A stretch of DNA of 64,000 bases from Bdellovibrionales bacterium (GCA_965200875.1 OZ241456.1:832001-896000), one strand, 5' to 3'. Shown: positions 39,480-50,172, counted from the stretch's first letter. Numbers and translations are program-made. The notes: generated by a model not told the origin, from the sequence alone.

Positions 39480-40250
39480 TTAAAAATGTGTGTAGCCTTT
39501 TTCTTCCAATTCATCCGCCAAGTTATGGTTTCCGCTTTTTTGTATTTTTCCCGCTTTCATAATATGCACAAAGTCCGGCTTAATATGTTTTAACAAACGA
39601 TTGTAATGGGTTATCAGTAAAAGTGCCATTTGTTTGCTTTTCAATTTATTTAACGCATTTGCCACTAAAGTCATGGAATCCACATCCAGCCCTGAATCTG
39701 TTTCATCCAAAACAGCCAGCCGGGGAGATAAAACCGCCATTTGCAAAATTTCATTTCGTTTTTTCTCTCCTCCTGAAAAGTCTTCATTGACTGAACGATG
39801 CAGAAAAGAAAAAGGAAGGCCAACCAATTTCGTTTTTTGTGTTACTAGAGCAGTAAACTGCTCTTCTCCCATTTCCGGTACTCCCTGATGTTTACAGATA
39901 GAGTTAAAAGAGGCTTTTAGTAAGTTAAAGTTGCTCACTCCAGGTACTGTCACGGGATATTGAAAAGCCATAAACAAGCCTTCTTTTGCTCTTTCTTCAG
40001 GTGTCCATTTGCTTATATCTTCAAAACCAAAGTTTTTTTCGTAAAGAATTTTCCCTTGGCTTATTTCGTACTCTGGGTGTCCGGCAATCACTTTGGCTAA
40101 TGTGCTTTTTCCAGAACCGTTTGGCCCCATAATGGCGTGGATTTCCCCCGCTTTGATTTCCAAACTGATGCCGTTTAAAATAAAGTCTCTTGTGCCTTTT
40201 GTGTCGGATGTTTCCAGTGCTTTAGCGTAAAGATCTTGAATTTTCAGCAC
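39480..40250 (-). CDS. sufC: Fe-S cluster assembly ATPase SufC
   Basis: GPNGSGKST, FQYP, FSGGEKKRNEILQ and LDETDSGLD motifs. Confidence 0.97.
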   Translation of the reverse strand: MLKIQDLYAKALETSDTKGTRDFILNGISLEIKAGEIHAIMGPNGSGKSTLAKVIAGHPEYEISQGKILYEKNFGFEDISKWTPEERAKEGLFMAFQYPVTVPGVSNFNLLKASFNSICKHQGVPEMGEEQFTALVTQKTKLVGLPFSFLHRSVNEDFSGGEKKRNEILQMAVLSPRLAVLDETDSGLDVDSMTLVANALNKLKSKQMALLLITHYNRLLKHIKPDFVHIMKAGKIQKSGNHNLADELEEKGYTHF

Positions 40251-40669
40251 TGTAAATCTCCCCTAAACTTGAAATTAGCCATATTTTTCTCGGATTTTAG
40301 TGATATATTCGGTGCGCAGTTTTATGCTGTGTTCAGATTTTAGTGATATATAGGTTCAGCATTCAAAAAGCAACAGTAAACCTTATTCAGGACCGGTTGA
40401 TTAGCTACAATTTATTGAAAAGCTTGACTTTTCCCAATAATTCAAGTTTTCCTTAATTTTTAGGGTTGAGTAAGAGAAAAAGTATTTTTTTACGCTATTT
40501 TTGTTGCGCAATTTACAAATTCGTGTTTTAAAACTCTGTTTGACCACGAGCTGTCAAATTCAGGCTGGCTGAAAAGCAGTTTTTTAGAGTAAGCTCAAAA
40601 TAGCAAAATTAAAGACAAACTGAAGGAAATTGTGTAAACCGAAAAAATAAAATTTATCAGGATAACATA

Positions 40670-40783
40670 ATGAAAGTGCGAGCATCTGTTAAAAAAATTT
40701 GTAAAGACTGTCGTATAATTCGAAGGAAAAATCGCCTACGTGTTATTTGTAAAAATCCAAAACATAAACAAAGACAGGGGTAA
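40670..40783 (+). CDS. rpmJ: 50S ribosomal protein L36 (not in the ORF track)
   Basis: Translates to [37 protein letters not shown]. Confidence 0.97.
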   Translation: MKVRASVKKICKDCRIIRRKNRLRVICKNPKHKQRQG

Positions 40784-40789
40784 TAAGTT

Positions 40790-41164
40790 ATGTCTCGTAT
40801 AGCTGGAGTGGATTTACCAAAAGAAAAAAGAGTGGAAGTAGCCTTAACTTATATTTATGGTATTGGGCGAACACGCGCGCGTGATATATGCAGGAAAGCG
40901 GGCTTCAGCCATTCCATGAGAACAAAAGATTTAAACGATGAACATGTGGCCATGTTGAGAACCATGATCGAAAAAGATTATAAAGTGGAAGGGGATCTGC
41001 GAAGAGAAGTGGGTTTGTCCATCAAGAGGCTTATGGATTTGTCTTGCTATAGAGGATTGAGGCATAAAAAAAGCCTACCTGTTCGAGGACAAAGCACGAG
41101 GCAAAATGCCAGAACCAGAAAAGGCCCGAGAAAAACTGTTGCAAACAAGAAAAAAGCTGTTTAA
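40790..41164 (+). CDS. rpsM: 30S ribosomal protein S13
   Basis: [22 protein letters not shown] and NARTRKG motifs. Confidence 0.98.
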   Translation: MSRIAGVDLPKEKRVEVALTYIYGIGRTRARDICRKAGFSHSMRTKDLNDEHVAMLRTMIEKDYKVEGDLRREVGLSIKRLMDLSCYRGLRHKKSLPVRGQSTRQNARTRKGPRKTVANKKKAV

Positions 41165-41180
41165 TTTTTAGGGAGGCACT

Positions 41181-41567
41181 GTGTCTGTCCGAAAACCAAA
41201 AAAGAAGAAAGCGAAAAAGAATGTGCCGATTGGCAACTGTTATATTCATGCTGGATTTGGTAACACTCAAGTCAGCTTTACTGATCCTGTCGGTCAGGTA
41301 ATTTGTTGGTCCTCATCCGGTGTTTTAGGATTTAAAGGCTCTCGAAAAGGAACACCTTTTGTGGCGCAGGCTGTAGCTGAAGATGCTGTTAAAAAGGCTC
41401 AAGAATGTGGTTTAAAAACAGTTAGTGTATTTTTAAAAGGACCTGGTACAGGAAGGGAAATGGCTGTACGTACTCTCGCTTCAGCCGGATTAAAAATAAC
41501 TTCACTTAGAGATATTACACCTATTCCTCATAATGGATGTAGGCCACCTAAAAGACGACGGGTGTGA
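41181..41567 (+). CDS. rpsK: 30S ribosomal protein S11
   Basis: [10 protein letters not shown] and [18 protein letters not shown] motifs. Confidence 0.98.
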   Translation: MSVRKPKKKKAKKNVPIGNCYIHAGFGNTQVSFTDPVGQVICWSSSGVLGFKGSRKGTPFVAQAVAEDAVKKAQECGLKTVSVFLKGPGTGREMAVRTLASAGLKITSLRDITPIPHNGCRPPKRRRV

Positions 41568-41599
41568 TTTTTTTGTCCGCCGGAAAAAGGATGAAACAG

Positions 41600-41699
41600 C
41601 TCCCTAAACCCCAGTAAGATTCCCGTTTTCACGGGACTGAAAGCCAATGACTTGGTTTTTCAGTTTTATGAAAAAGGGTGTTTTTTACGGATGATTTTA
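41600..41699. mobile_element. Degenerate MITE-like copy between rpsK and rpoA
   Basis: CCCAGTAAGATTCCCGTTTTCACGGGACTGAAAGCCAATGACTTGG...TTTTTTACGGAT matches 26653-26730. Confidence 0.75.
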
Positions 41700-41752
41700 T
41701 TTTATGAAAAAGCAATTATACAACATAAACATAAAACAGGAGAAAAACTCAA

Positions 41753-43273
41753 ATGGAAAAAATAGAGCTTAAACCTCACTATTATCAATATTGGAAAAAC
41801 CTTATTAAACCAAAAGGTTTTGAATTGGATAAAGACAGCCTGACTCCCACTTATGGGAAGTTTACCATCCGTCCGCTGGAAAGAGGTTATGGTCTTACTT
41901 TGGGTAATTCCATTCGCCGGGTTTTATTAAGCTCCATGATGGGTTCTGCTGTTTCTGCAGTAAAATTTGAAGGAGTTTTGCATGAATTTACCATTATCCC
42001 TGATGTTTTGGAGGACACCACAGATATCATCCTCAATTTGAAACAAGTGCGTTTTCAACAGGACAATGCCGATCAAAAACAGCTTAAACTCATCAAAGAC
42101 GGTCCTGGTTTGGCAACTGCTAATGATATTCAGCTGGTGGACGGTATAAAAGTCATTAATCCAGAACAGATGATTGCCACACTGGGAAAGAACGCAAAAT
42201 TAAACGCCACAATTGTAGTGACTTTTAATCGTGGCTATATTGAAGCTTCCGAACAAAAAGACAATCTTCCTGTGGGGTTTATTCCTATTGATTCCATTCA
42301 TTCCCCGATTCGCCGTGTAAACTACACTGTGACAAACGCCCGTGTCGGACAAAGAACAGATTATGATTCTTTAATTTTACAAGTATGGACAGACGGTTCA
42401 CTTTCCCCGGAAGAAGCAGTGCCTTTAGGTTATAAAATTCTAAAAGAGCAAATACAGGTGTTTATGAATTTTAACGAAAATATCGAACCAAAAGAAAAAG
42501 AACCAAAAGAGCAAGTTCCTCAAGTAAATAAAAACCTGTTTCGACCAGTTGAGGATCTGGAATTGTCTGTGCGAAGTGCCAACTGCCTGAAAAACGCCAA
42601 AATCCGCTATATTGGTGATCTGGTGACCAAGACAGAGCAGGAAATGCTGAAAACAAAAAATTTTGGCAGGAAGTCTCTCAACGAAATTAAAGATATTATA
42701 AAAAACATGGGGTTTTCCCTTGGTATGGTAGTAAAAGGATGGCCACCTAAAAATATGGAAGCGCAAAGAGCAAAAAATGCAACAGACTCTCCCACAAGCA
42801 ACGGCAGTGATTCTTCTTTTGGTTTCTCAAGCTCTTCCAAGCCTGTGACAGCCTCCAGTGAAACTTCAAGTTCTGCCCATGTTCCAACCACAAATGGTGA
42901 ACCCATGCCAAAAACAGTTGCTGATAATATTAAATCATCTACTGGTTCAGACAGTAACAAAAGTGACCAAGCTGAAAAGCTTGAAGGTGTTGCAGGTATC
43001 GTCTCATCAGTTATTGCAGGAGCATCTTCTGCTGATGCTGATACTGATGCTGATACGAAGCTTACAGCTACTTCATTCCCTCTTTCTTCCTCTTTATCTT
43101 CAGATATCAACCCACAACAACAATCGGCAGATGTTAAAAACGATGATGATTCCAGCAGTAATAAATCCGCGGAATCGGGAAAGGAGTCTTTCAATGCTGT
43201 AAGTCAAGAATCTGCAAGTGTTGCTGTAACAGAAAAACCTGAAAAACAAAGCTCTGATGAAGATAAAGGATAA
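41753..43273 (+). CDS. rpoA: RNA polymerase alpha subunit with a 174-aa C-terminal extension
   Basis: [32 protein letters not shown] and NFGRKSL motifs. Ser/acidic tail after GWPP (residue 332). Confidence 0.97.
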   Translation: MEKIELKPHYYQYWKNLIKPKGFELDKDSLTPTYGKFTIRPLERGYGLTLGNSIRRVLLSSMMGSAVSAVKFEGVLHEFTIIPDVLEDTTDIILNLKQVRFQQDNADQKQLKLIKDGPGLATANDIQLVDGIKVINPEQMIATLGKNAKLNATIVVTFNRGYIEASEQKDNLPVGFIPIDSIHSPIRRVNYTVTNARVGQRTDYDSLILQVWTDGSLSPEEAVPLGYKILKEQIQVFMNFNENIEPKEKEPKEQVPQVNKNLFRPVEDLELSVRSANCLKNAKIRYIGDLVTKTEQEMLKTKNFGRKSLNEIKDIIKNMGFSLGMVVKGWPPKNMEAQRAKNATDSPTSNGSDSSFGFSSSSKPVTASSETSSSAHVPTTNGEPMPKTVADNIKSSTGSDSNKSDQAEKLEGVAGIVSSVIAGASSADADTDADTKLTATSFPLSSSLSSDINPQQQSADVKNDDDSSSNKSAESGKESFNAVSQESASVAVTEKPEKQSSDEDKG

Positions 43274-43329
43274 AACTTTATACACCACCTGTTCAGTAAG
43301 TAAAAAGTAACCCTAAAAAGGATAAAATT

Positions 43330-43968
43330 TTGAGACATCAGAAAAATAAAAATTCCTCTTTTGGAAGACATAGAGGCCCAAGAAAAGCTCTTGTAAGAGG
43401 ATTGGTACAAAGCTTGGTGGAAAAAGAAAGAATTAAAACCACTTTACCTAAGGCTAAATGTGTGCGCCCGCTGGTTGAAAAAGCGGTGACAATGGGAAAG
43501 AGAGACGATATTCATTCCCGCCGTCTACTTTTTTCTCGTTATCCCAACAAAAAAACAGTGGATAAAATCCTGAGTGTTCTTTCCCCTCGTTTTAAAGATC
43601 GTCCGGGAGGTTATACTCGTATTATAAAGCTTGGGTTTCGTGCAGGCGATAAAGCACCTTTAGCTTACATTGAGTTTGTGGATTATAATAATCAAATAGG
43701 AAATTTAAAAGAAACCAAAACTGAATCCGTAACACAAATGTCTGAAAAAAAATCCGCAGAGAAAGAAAAACAACAAAAAGCTACATTAGAAAAAGCTCCT
43801 AGAAAAACTGCCGGGAAAGCTGAAAAACAATCACTCAAAAAGCCCGCCAATAAAATTGCTGACGACAAAAAACAGAAAAAACTTGCGTTGGCCAAAATAG
43901 ACAAAAAAAGAAAAAAATCTCGTCAACAGGAAAAAAAATCCCGGCGCGGAAACCGCAAAAGAAGGTAA
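43330..43968 (+). CDS. rplQ: 50S ribosomal protein L17 with a Lys-rich extension
   Basis: MRH, IKTTLPKAK, RPGGYTRI and GDKAP motifs. Confidence 0.96.
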   Translation: MRHQKNKNSSFGRHRGPRKALVRGLVQSLVEKERIKTTLPKAKCVRPLVEKAVTMGKRDDIHSRRLLFSRYPNKKTVDKILSVLSPRFKDRPGGYTRIIKLGFRAGDKAPLAYIEFVDYNNQIGNLKETKTESVTQMSEKKSAEKEKQQKATLEKAPRKTAGKAEKQSLKKPANKIADDKKQKKLALAKIDKKRKKSRQQEKKSRRGNRKRR

Positions 43969-43976
43969 ATTCCAAG

Positions 43977-44588
43977 TTATTGCAAAAGAGTTAATTGATC
44001 ATTTTCCATCTGCACTTTGAAGGTTTGGACTCTTTTGGCAGGTTGTCCTTTCTCTCTCACGAGAGCGGAAAATTCTATTATGGCAGTATCTGATTCATCT
44101 TTTAGGATAGAAACAACAGACAGGTTCAAACCAAGTAAAACAGAGTGGATAAGTGTTTTTCCGTCAAATAAAACCGAGTAAGTTCTATTTGTTTTGCTGT
44201 CCGGGTTTTTTATAAAAACTCTGATACTGGTAATCACTTTATTGTTATTCAGTAAAACCCCTCTTTTTCGTGCAGTGATTTCCACAGAACCAGAAGAAGC
44301 ATACAGGTATTTGTCCAGCTTGACTATTGCTTGCTCGTACGGAAGCTTGTTATCCATATCAGAAATATCAATTTTAGAATTTACTAAAAGCTGATTTATT
44401 TTGGCCATTCTTTCCTGTTCAGAAAGTGCGTTTTTTTGTGTATTATCGCTTGATTGACTCTCACAAGCTGGCAAAAAAATGAGTATTAAAAAATATTTAA
44501 GAAAAAAATTATTAACCATTATCAAAAATAAAACTATTGTTTTGTTTTTTTCCATTTCATAAAAAGGTTTTCTGTCGCGTCTTTCCAC
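43977..44588 (-). CDS. Hypothetical lipoprotein
   Basis: Lipobox LPAC. The true start is probably ATG ~44519. Confidence 0.7.
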   Translation of the reverse strand: MERRDRKPFYEMEKNKTIVLFLIMVNNFFLKYFLILIFLPACESQSSDNTQKNALSEQERMAKINQLLVNSKIDISDMDNKLPYEQAIVKLDKYLYASSGSVEITARKRGVLLNNNKVITSIRVFIKNPDSKTNRTYSVLFDGKTLIHSVLLGLNLSVVSILKDESDTAIIEFSALVREKGQPAKRVQTFKVQMENDQLTLLQ

Positions 44589-45502
44589 TGAGGGAATCGA
44601 AAATTAAATTTGTTGTCCAACAGTATTTTAGGGACAGCATAGCGACTTTTAAGAGACAGTTCAGAATCTATTTGTGTTATGTAAGAAGCTAATTCCACCA
44701 TCCATTTTGTGGCGGGAAGGCCAAATTTTATACCGGCTGTTTCTCTCAAAATTTTCATAAACTCACCTTGAGAAAGAGGATATGGAGAACACAGATTAAC
44801 CGGGCCAGATATATTGGTATTTTTTAATATAAATTTTATAGAATTAACAAAGTCGTCAGCATGTATCCAGGTAATCATAGGTGTCCCACCAGCAATAGGG
44901 CCCCCTAAGCCCCAACGGCTAAGCTTTAAAAAAATGTCAAAAGCTGTTCCTTTGCGTGATCCCATTACGATACCAGAGCGAGCTAATACTTTTCTGGTTT
45001 TCTCTGTTTTAGAGCTGTTAACAGTTTTTTCCCAATCTTGGACCAATTCTGAAATTTTTTTCCATGTTCTGGGCATTTCAGGCTTTTCCCCAATTTTTCC
45101 GGTTTCTTCATCGTGGGGAGTATCAAAACTATGGGCGTAAATAGTGGAAGAACTCATTTGAATCCATACAGGAGGTGGTTTTTGAGCTTGTTGGATAGCC
45201 TGCCCAACAACCTCTGTGGATAAAACTCTGGAATCTTTAAGCGTTTTTAAGATTTTATCTGTGTAAAAACATGTTACATTTTTGCCAGTCATGTTGATCA
45301 CTACATCCGCGCCATCAATTTCCTTGGCCCATTCTCCCAAAGTATGAGCATCCCAAGGAACCAGCCGGACCTGTCGGGAAACAGACCCATCTCCGCCACT
45401 TCTGCTTAATACCACTAAATCATGTTTTTCAGTATCAAAGAGAAAAGCTTCGATAAGAAGATGTCCCAGAAAACCTGACCCACCGGGAATGACTATTTTC
45501 AT
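44534..45502 (-). CDS. TIGR01777-family NAD-dependent epimerase (DUF1731)
   Basis: GGSGFLG, SRVLST, WE, WIH..D and GPVNL motifs. Confidence 0.92.
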   Translation of the reverse strand: MKIVIPGGSGFLGHLLIEAFLFDTEKHDLVVLSRSGGDGSVSRQVRLVPWDAHTLGEWAKEIDGADVVINMTGKNVTCFYTDKILKTLKDSRVLSTEVVGQAIQQAQKPPPVWIQMSSSTIYAHSFDTPHDEETGKIGEKPEMPRTWKKISELVQDWEKTVNSSKTEKTRKVLARSGIVMGSRKGTAFDIFLKLSRWGLGGPIAGGTPMITWIHADDFVNSIKFILKNTNISGPVNLCSPYPLSQGEFMKILRETAGIKFGLPATKWMVELASYITQIDSELSLKSRYAVPKILLDNKFNFRFPQWKDATENLFMKWKKTKQ

Positions 45503-45572
45503 ATTTTTTCCTCAAGAAACAAAATACTGCAATAACTTTGCTTTTTCAAGATAAACTTGTGTATTGTAAAAA

Positions 45573-45646
45573 AGCGGGTGATGGGATTCGAACCCACGAC
45601 CTCAACCTTGGCAAGGTTGCGCTCTAGCCAGCTGAGCTACACCCGC
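45573..45646 (-). tRNA. tRNA-Gly(GCC)
   Basis: GCGGGTGTAGCTCAG...CCTTGCCAAGG...GGTTCGAATCCCATCACCCGCT. CCA is not encoded. Confidence 0.97.
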
Positions 45647-45747
45647 ATATTTGAAAGAAGATTGCCAATAGAATTATAAGGAACAGTATTTCAAAATGCC
45701 AAGGAAAGTATATCATCCACATCTACAATAGTCCAGCCTTTCCAATA

Positions 45748-45841
45748 TAGAAGCCCGTGAAAAAGTATGTTATTTTGACTGGTTTTTCAGTTTTCCAATG
45801 AAAAAAAGTGTGATAAATGAAACACTGATTTTTTCAATGGA
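45748..45841. mobile_element. Degenerate MITE-like copy next to tRNA-Gly
   Basis: TAGAAGCCCGTGAAAAAGTATGTT...GTGTGATAAATGAAACACT...TTTTTCAATGGA. Confidence 0.65.
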
Positions 45842-45848
45842 ATCTGCG

Positions 45849-46385
45849 ATGATTACAGATAAAGAGGTAGATAGAAGAATTAAAGCCCGTGTCACAAAGC
45901 GTGTTAAACAGATATGCGTACAATTCGAAAAAGATCTCAATCAAAAAACCATTTTCTATATTGTATGGTCCTTAATGGGAATTTTGTTATTAAATGTTTC
46001 TTTCCCCAAACCTGTCTATTATAGTAGCTTGTCTTTAATGACCATAATTTTTTTATATATAGTAATAATTTCTTTTAAACCTTTAAAGAAATTCCTGTCT
46101 TTCATCAATAATTTTGAATCCAATATTAGAAAAATTGTACAAACAGAAATTCAATCAGCGACACAAGAATCTTGGATCACAAACATAGGTTTTTGGTTGA
46201 GTAGCCGAAATCAGAAAGATTGTGAAAATCTGGCAATAGCCTTTTCTGTTCGAGAGTTATTGAAATTAATGAAAAAATACAAAATCATCTTGGGCATTCG
46301 TATTTTTGCTTATATAGTGGCTTTGTTCTTACTGAGAGAAGTGTTAATCCACATTATTAACACATTATTAAATAGTGACTCGTGA
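45849..46385 (+). CDS. Hypothetical membrane protein
   Basis: Several TM helices. The ORF-track start (45798) lies inside the repeat, so a later ATG is likelier. The stop lies inside a repeat end (TAGTGACTCGTGAAAAA). Confidence 0.65.
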   Translation: MITDKEVDRRIKARVTKRVKQICVQFEKDLNQKTIFYIVWSLMGILLLNVSFPKPVYYSSLSLMTIIFLYIVIISFKPLKKFLSFINNFESNIRKIVQTEIQSATQESWITNIGFWLSSRNQKDCENLAIAFSVRELLKLMKKYKIILGIRIFAYIVALFLLREVLIHIINTLLNSDS

Positions 46386-46431
46386 AAAAATATGTTAAAT
46401 AAACAACAAAAATATAACCCAAGGCCATTAA

Positions 46432-49400
46432 GTGAACACTTTAACCAATTCACAAATCCGCTCAACAAGCACTGTAAGCAAAACACACCCTAAACCTGAA
46501 ACAAACGGGAAAACTGCTGTCAATAAAACAGCCCCGTTTGTGCATCTCCATGTACATACCCATTATTCTCTTTTAAGATCCTCTTGTACAATCTCAGGCT
46601 TGGTGAATAAATGCGAGGAATACTCTCAGTCAGCTCTGGCCATTACAGATTATGGCAATATGTTTGGAGTGCTGGATTTATACTTTAAAGCCAAGGACAA
46701 AGGCATTCAACCTATACTTGGACTGGAGATATACCTTACTGACAGCCATCGCTCAGAGAAAAAAAGCTATGCCTTATCCGGTTCCATGTCTTCTGCCTTT
46801 CAGGTTGGAAATCCCTCCCTAGTTCTTTTAGCGCAAAATGTGGAAGGATACAGAAACCTCTGTAGAATCAACACAATTGCCTATCAGGAAGGTTTTTACT
46901 ATGTCCCCAGAGTGGATTATGAAACTTTAGAAAAATATAATAGCTCTCTTATTGCTTTAACCGGAGGAATTAATGGATTAGTGCCTCAAATATGTTTAAG
47001 AAAAGGGCAGGATAAAGCTTTGGAAATCATTAGAAAATTAAAAAATATTTACCAAGACCGGTTTTACCTTCAGCTGAATCGAACAGGACTTAAAGAGTGG
47101 AATCAAATCAATGATTTTCTTTTGTCAGCTGGTAAAATCACAAAAACAAGTCTTACAGCTGGCAATGATGTGCATTACCTGAATAATTCGGATTATATTG
47201 TACAGGATGTGTTGTTTTGTATCGGAGCCAATAGAACATTAAGGGACCAGGATCGATTTAAGTTAAAATCAGAGCAATTTTATTTCAAAAATTCCAGAGA
47301 AATGAGAGATCTGTTTGCAGATATCCCTGAAGTATGTGACACCACTTTGGAAATCAGTTCCCGTTGTCAAGTTCAGTTTCAGCTCAAAAGAAATGGACGA
47401 CCTATATACCATCTCCCCAAATTAAACCGACCGGGGTTTGAGTTTGATGAACTTCCCAATAATTTAACACAAGTGAAAAACAAGTTTTCATCTGCGAACC
47501 AGCCCCTGCCCAACAAACTGCCTTTGCAAAAACAGGAGCTAAACCTTCAAAAAGAAACACAAAAAGAAACACAAAAAAAACAATCAAACAACAAATCTCC
47601 CTCTCTGAAATTAAGGGAACTGAGCTACATAGGATTGGAAAAAAGATGTGGGGAATCCAAATTGGATTTCACTGCAGAAGAAAATAGACAAAAATACACA
47701 AAAAGGCTGGAAGAGGAATTAAAAATCATCACAGATATGGGGTTTGCAGACTACTTCCTGATTGTTTATGATTTTGTTCATTGGGCAAAAAAAGAGGATA
47801 TTCCCGTTGGCCCAGGGCGAGGTTCAGGAGCCAGTTCCTTAGTAGCCTATTGTTTGGAAATTACGGATTTAGATCCTATGCCCTACAATTTGCTATTTGA
47901 AAGATTTTTAAACCCTGAGAGAATTTCCCTCCCTGATTTTGATATTGATTTTTGTCAGGAAAACAGAAATCGCGTCATTGAATATGTGAGCAAGAGATAT
48001 GGCAAAGATTATGTGGCCCAGGTAATGACTTATGGAAGATTACAGGCCCGTGCGGCCATTCGGGATGTGGGGCGTGTATTGGGAATGAGCTACGCGGAAG
48101 TGGATCAAGTCGCCAAACTGATACCGGAGCGATTGGGCATTACTTTGAATGAAGCCATGAAAGATAATCAAAGATTACATGAGCTGATAGAAGCCGATCC
48201 TCAAATTAACAATTTAATGAATTTAGCTCGTCAGATTGAAGGGCTTATTCGTCATGTCAGCATCCATGCGGCAGGGGTGATTATTGCAGACCATCCTATT
48301 ATTGATTATGCCCCTCTTTACCGAGGGACGGAAGGGGAGAATATTATCCAATGTGATCTGAATCTTTCCAAAAAAATAGGCTTGGTCAAGTTTGATTTTC
48401 TGGGATTAAAAACTTTAACCCAAGTTCATTCTGCTTTTAAAATGATTGCCCAAAATAAAAACGAACAAATTTCTGTTAAAGATATTTCTTTGGAGGATAA
48501 AGGTATTTATAAAATTATGTGTAAAGGAGACACCAAAGGGGTGTTTCAATTTGAAGGAGAGGGAATCACTGATTTGATTATCAAGGCACAACCTTCCTGT
48601 TTTGAGGATATTGTGGCCATCAACGCGCTTTTTCGTCCAGGTCCTATGGATATGATCTCTTCCTATCTGGATCGAAAAAAAGGAAAAGTAAAAGTGGAAT
48701 ATCTGTTTCCTGAACTAGAGACTATTTTAAAAGAAACTTATGGAGTTATTGTATATCAGGAACAGGTTTTGTTGATTGCCGCAAAAATTGCAGGATATAG
48801 TTACGGGGAAGCGGATGTTTTAAGAAGAGCAATGGGGGAGAAAAAAACAGATGTGATGAAAAAACAAAAAAATCGTTTCCTGACAGGTGCTAAAGAAAAT
48901 GGATATAACAAAAAAAAATCAGAGAAGCTTTTTGACTTAGTGGAGGAGTTTGCCAAATATGGGTTCAATAAATCACATGCGGCGGCTTATTGTGTGTTGG
49001 CAGCTCAAACAGCTTGGCTTAAAAAACATTATCCTGTGGAGTTTTTTGCTTCCCTGCTTTCAATGGAAATCAATAACATAGATAAAATAGTTCGTTATGT
49101 GAGAGATACTGAAAAACACAAAATACAGTTACTTCCTCCTCATATTAATCATTCTGAGTACTTTTTTACTCCTGTTGGGAATAAAATTTATTTTTCTCTG
49201 GGAGCTATTAAAGGAGTGGGATATTCTGCTGTAAATCACATTATTCAAGTCAGAAAACAATTACAAGATGAACAGTTTAAATCTGTTCAACAGTTTTTTG
49301 AAAATGCAGATATGAAGAAAATAAATAAAAAGTGTATGGAATCTCTTGTAAAAGCTGGTGCTTTTGATGGAATGGAATTAAATAGAAATGAAATACTGAC

Positions 49401-50172
49401 AAATTATGAAAGCTTGATAGAACAAGTGGATCAGAGAAAAGAGGAAAAAGAGTCCGGGCAAATTAATTTATTTACCTCTCAAAAGGAGTCTTCAGTTTTT
49501 ATGCACAAAAAATATCCTGAATGGAGTTGTTCCGTTCGACTGAAATATGAAAAATCTGTTATTGGATTTTATTTGAGTGGTCATCCTATGGATTATCTAA
49601 ACCCTTTTAGAAAAAATTGTGATTGTGATTCGATTGCGTCTCTGAATGAAAAGGAGCACAAAGCTACAGTTTATGTTTGGGGTATATTAAGCGAGTTTCG
49701 TGAAGTCACGACCAGAAAGGGTCTACAAATAGCCTTTGCGCAACTGGAAGATGGCACAGGAGTCTTGGAAACTGTGTTTTTTTCAGATGTATATTCAAGA
49801 TTTGCAACACAAATTCGCTTAGCTGAAGAACCTTTTGTAATTAAAGGCAATCTTATAAAGGATAAGGATAAAGATAAACAGATCAAATTATTCGCTCAAG
49901 AGTTGATTTCAGTAAGTAGCCAGCTCAACAATCGTTCCAGTGGTGTTATTCTATTACTAAGTGAACATGAACAGAGTAAATTACCTGATTTAAAAAAAAT
50001 ATTGGATCAATATACAGGAAAAGTTCCTCTATATTTTAATGTGAAACTGGGAAAACCTTCTAAGATCGTATGTTTAAGATCTAAATCTTTTCCGGGTGTA
50101 ACTCTTAGTCCGAGTTTTTTGGAGCAAATACAAAAAACAATGGGAGGAGAAAATAAAGTACAAATTTATTAA
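46432..50172 (+). CDS. dnaE: DNA polymerase III alpha subunit
   Basis: HLHVHTHYSLL PHP motif, GPGRGSGA, PDFDIDF, KFDFLGL, YGFNKSHA and an OB fold. Confidence 0.98.
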   Translation: MNTLTNSQIRSTSTVSKTHPKPETNGKTAVNKTAPFVHLHVHTHYSLLRSSCTISGLVNKCEEYSQSALAITDYGNMFGVLDLYFKAKDKGIQPILGLEIYLTDSHRSEKKSYALSGSMSSAFQVGNPSLVLLAQNVEGYRNLCRINTIAYQEGFYYVPRVDYETLEKYNSSLIALTGGINGLVPQICLRKGQDKALEIIRKLKNIYQDRFYLQLNRTGLKEWNQINDFLLSAGKITKTSLTAGNDVHYLNNSDYIVQDVLFCIGANRTLRDQDRFKLKSEQFYFKNSREMRDLFADIPEVCDTTLEISSRCQVQFQLKRNGRPIYHLPKLNRPGFEFDELPNNLTQVKNKFSSANQPLPNKLPLQKQELNLQKETQKETQKKQSNNKSPSLKLRELSYIGLEKRCGESKLDFTAEENRQKYTKRLEEELKIITDMGFADYFLIVYDFVHWAKKEDIPVGPGRGSGASSLVAYCLEITDLDPMPYNLLFERFLNPERISLPDFDIDFCQENRNRVIEYVSKRYGKDYVAQVMTYGRLQARAAIRDVGRVLGMSYAEVDQVAKLIPERLGITLNEAMKDNQRLHELIEADPQINNLMNLARQIEGLIRHVSIHAAGVIIADHPIIDYAPLYRGTEGENIIQCDLNLSKKIGLVKFDFLGLKTLTQVHSAFKMIAQNKNEQISVKDISLEDKGIYKIMCKGDTKGVFQFEGEGITDLIIKAQPSCFEDIVAINALFRPGPMDMISSYLDRKKGKVKVEYLFPELETILKETYGVIVYQEQVLLIAAKIAGYSYGEADVLRRAMGEKKTDVMKKQKNRFLTGAKENGYNKKKSEKLFDLVEEFAKYGFNKSHAAAYCVLAAQTAWLKKHYPVEFFASLLSMEINNIDKIVRYVRDTEKHKIQLLPPHINHSEYFFTPVGNKIYFSLGAIKGVGYSAVNHIIQVRKQLQDEQFKSVQQFFENADMKKINKKCMESLVKAGAFDGMELNRNEILTNYESLIEQVDQRKEEKESGQINLFTSQKESSVFMHKKYPEWSCSVRLKYEKSVIGFYLSGHPMDYLNPFRKNCDCDSIASLNEKEHKATVYVWGILSEFREVTTRKGLQIAFAQLEDGTGVLETVFFSDVYSRFATQIRLAEEPFVIKGNLIKDKDKDKQIKLFAQELISVSSQLNNRSSGVILLLSEHEQSKLPDLKKILDQYTGKVPLYFNVKLGKPSKIVCLRSKSFPGVTLSPSFLEQIQKTMGGENKVQIY

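Noticed and set aside
42607..43194. 195-aa antisense ORF within rpoA
   Set aside because: It is a shadow of the Ser-rich rpoA tail.
45573..46400. tRNA-Gly as an island integration site
   Set aside because: No integrase and no duplicated tRNA 3' end seen in the window.
47420..47610. DnaE insertion as an intein
   Set aside because: Too short, with no Cys/Ser start or His-Asn end, and low complexity.
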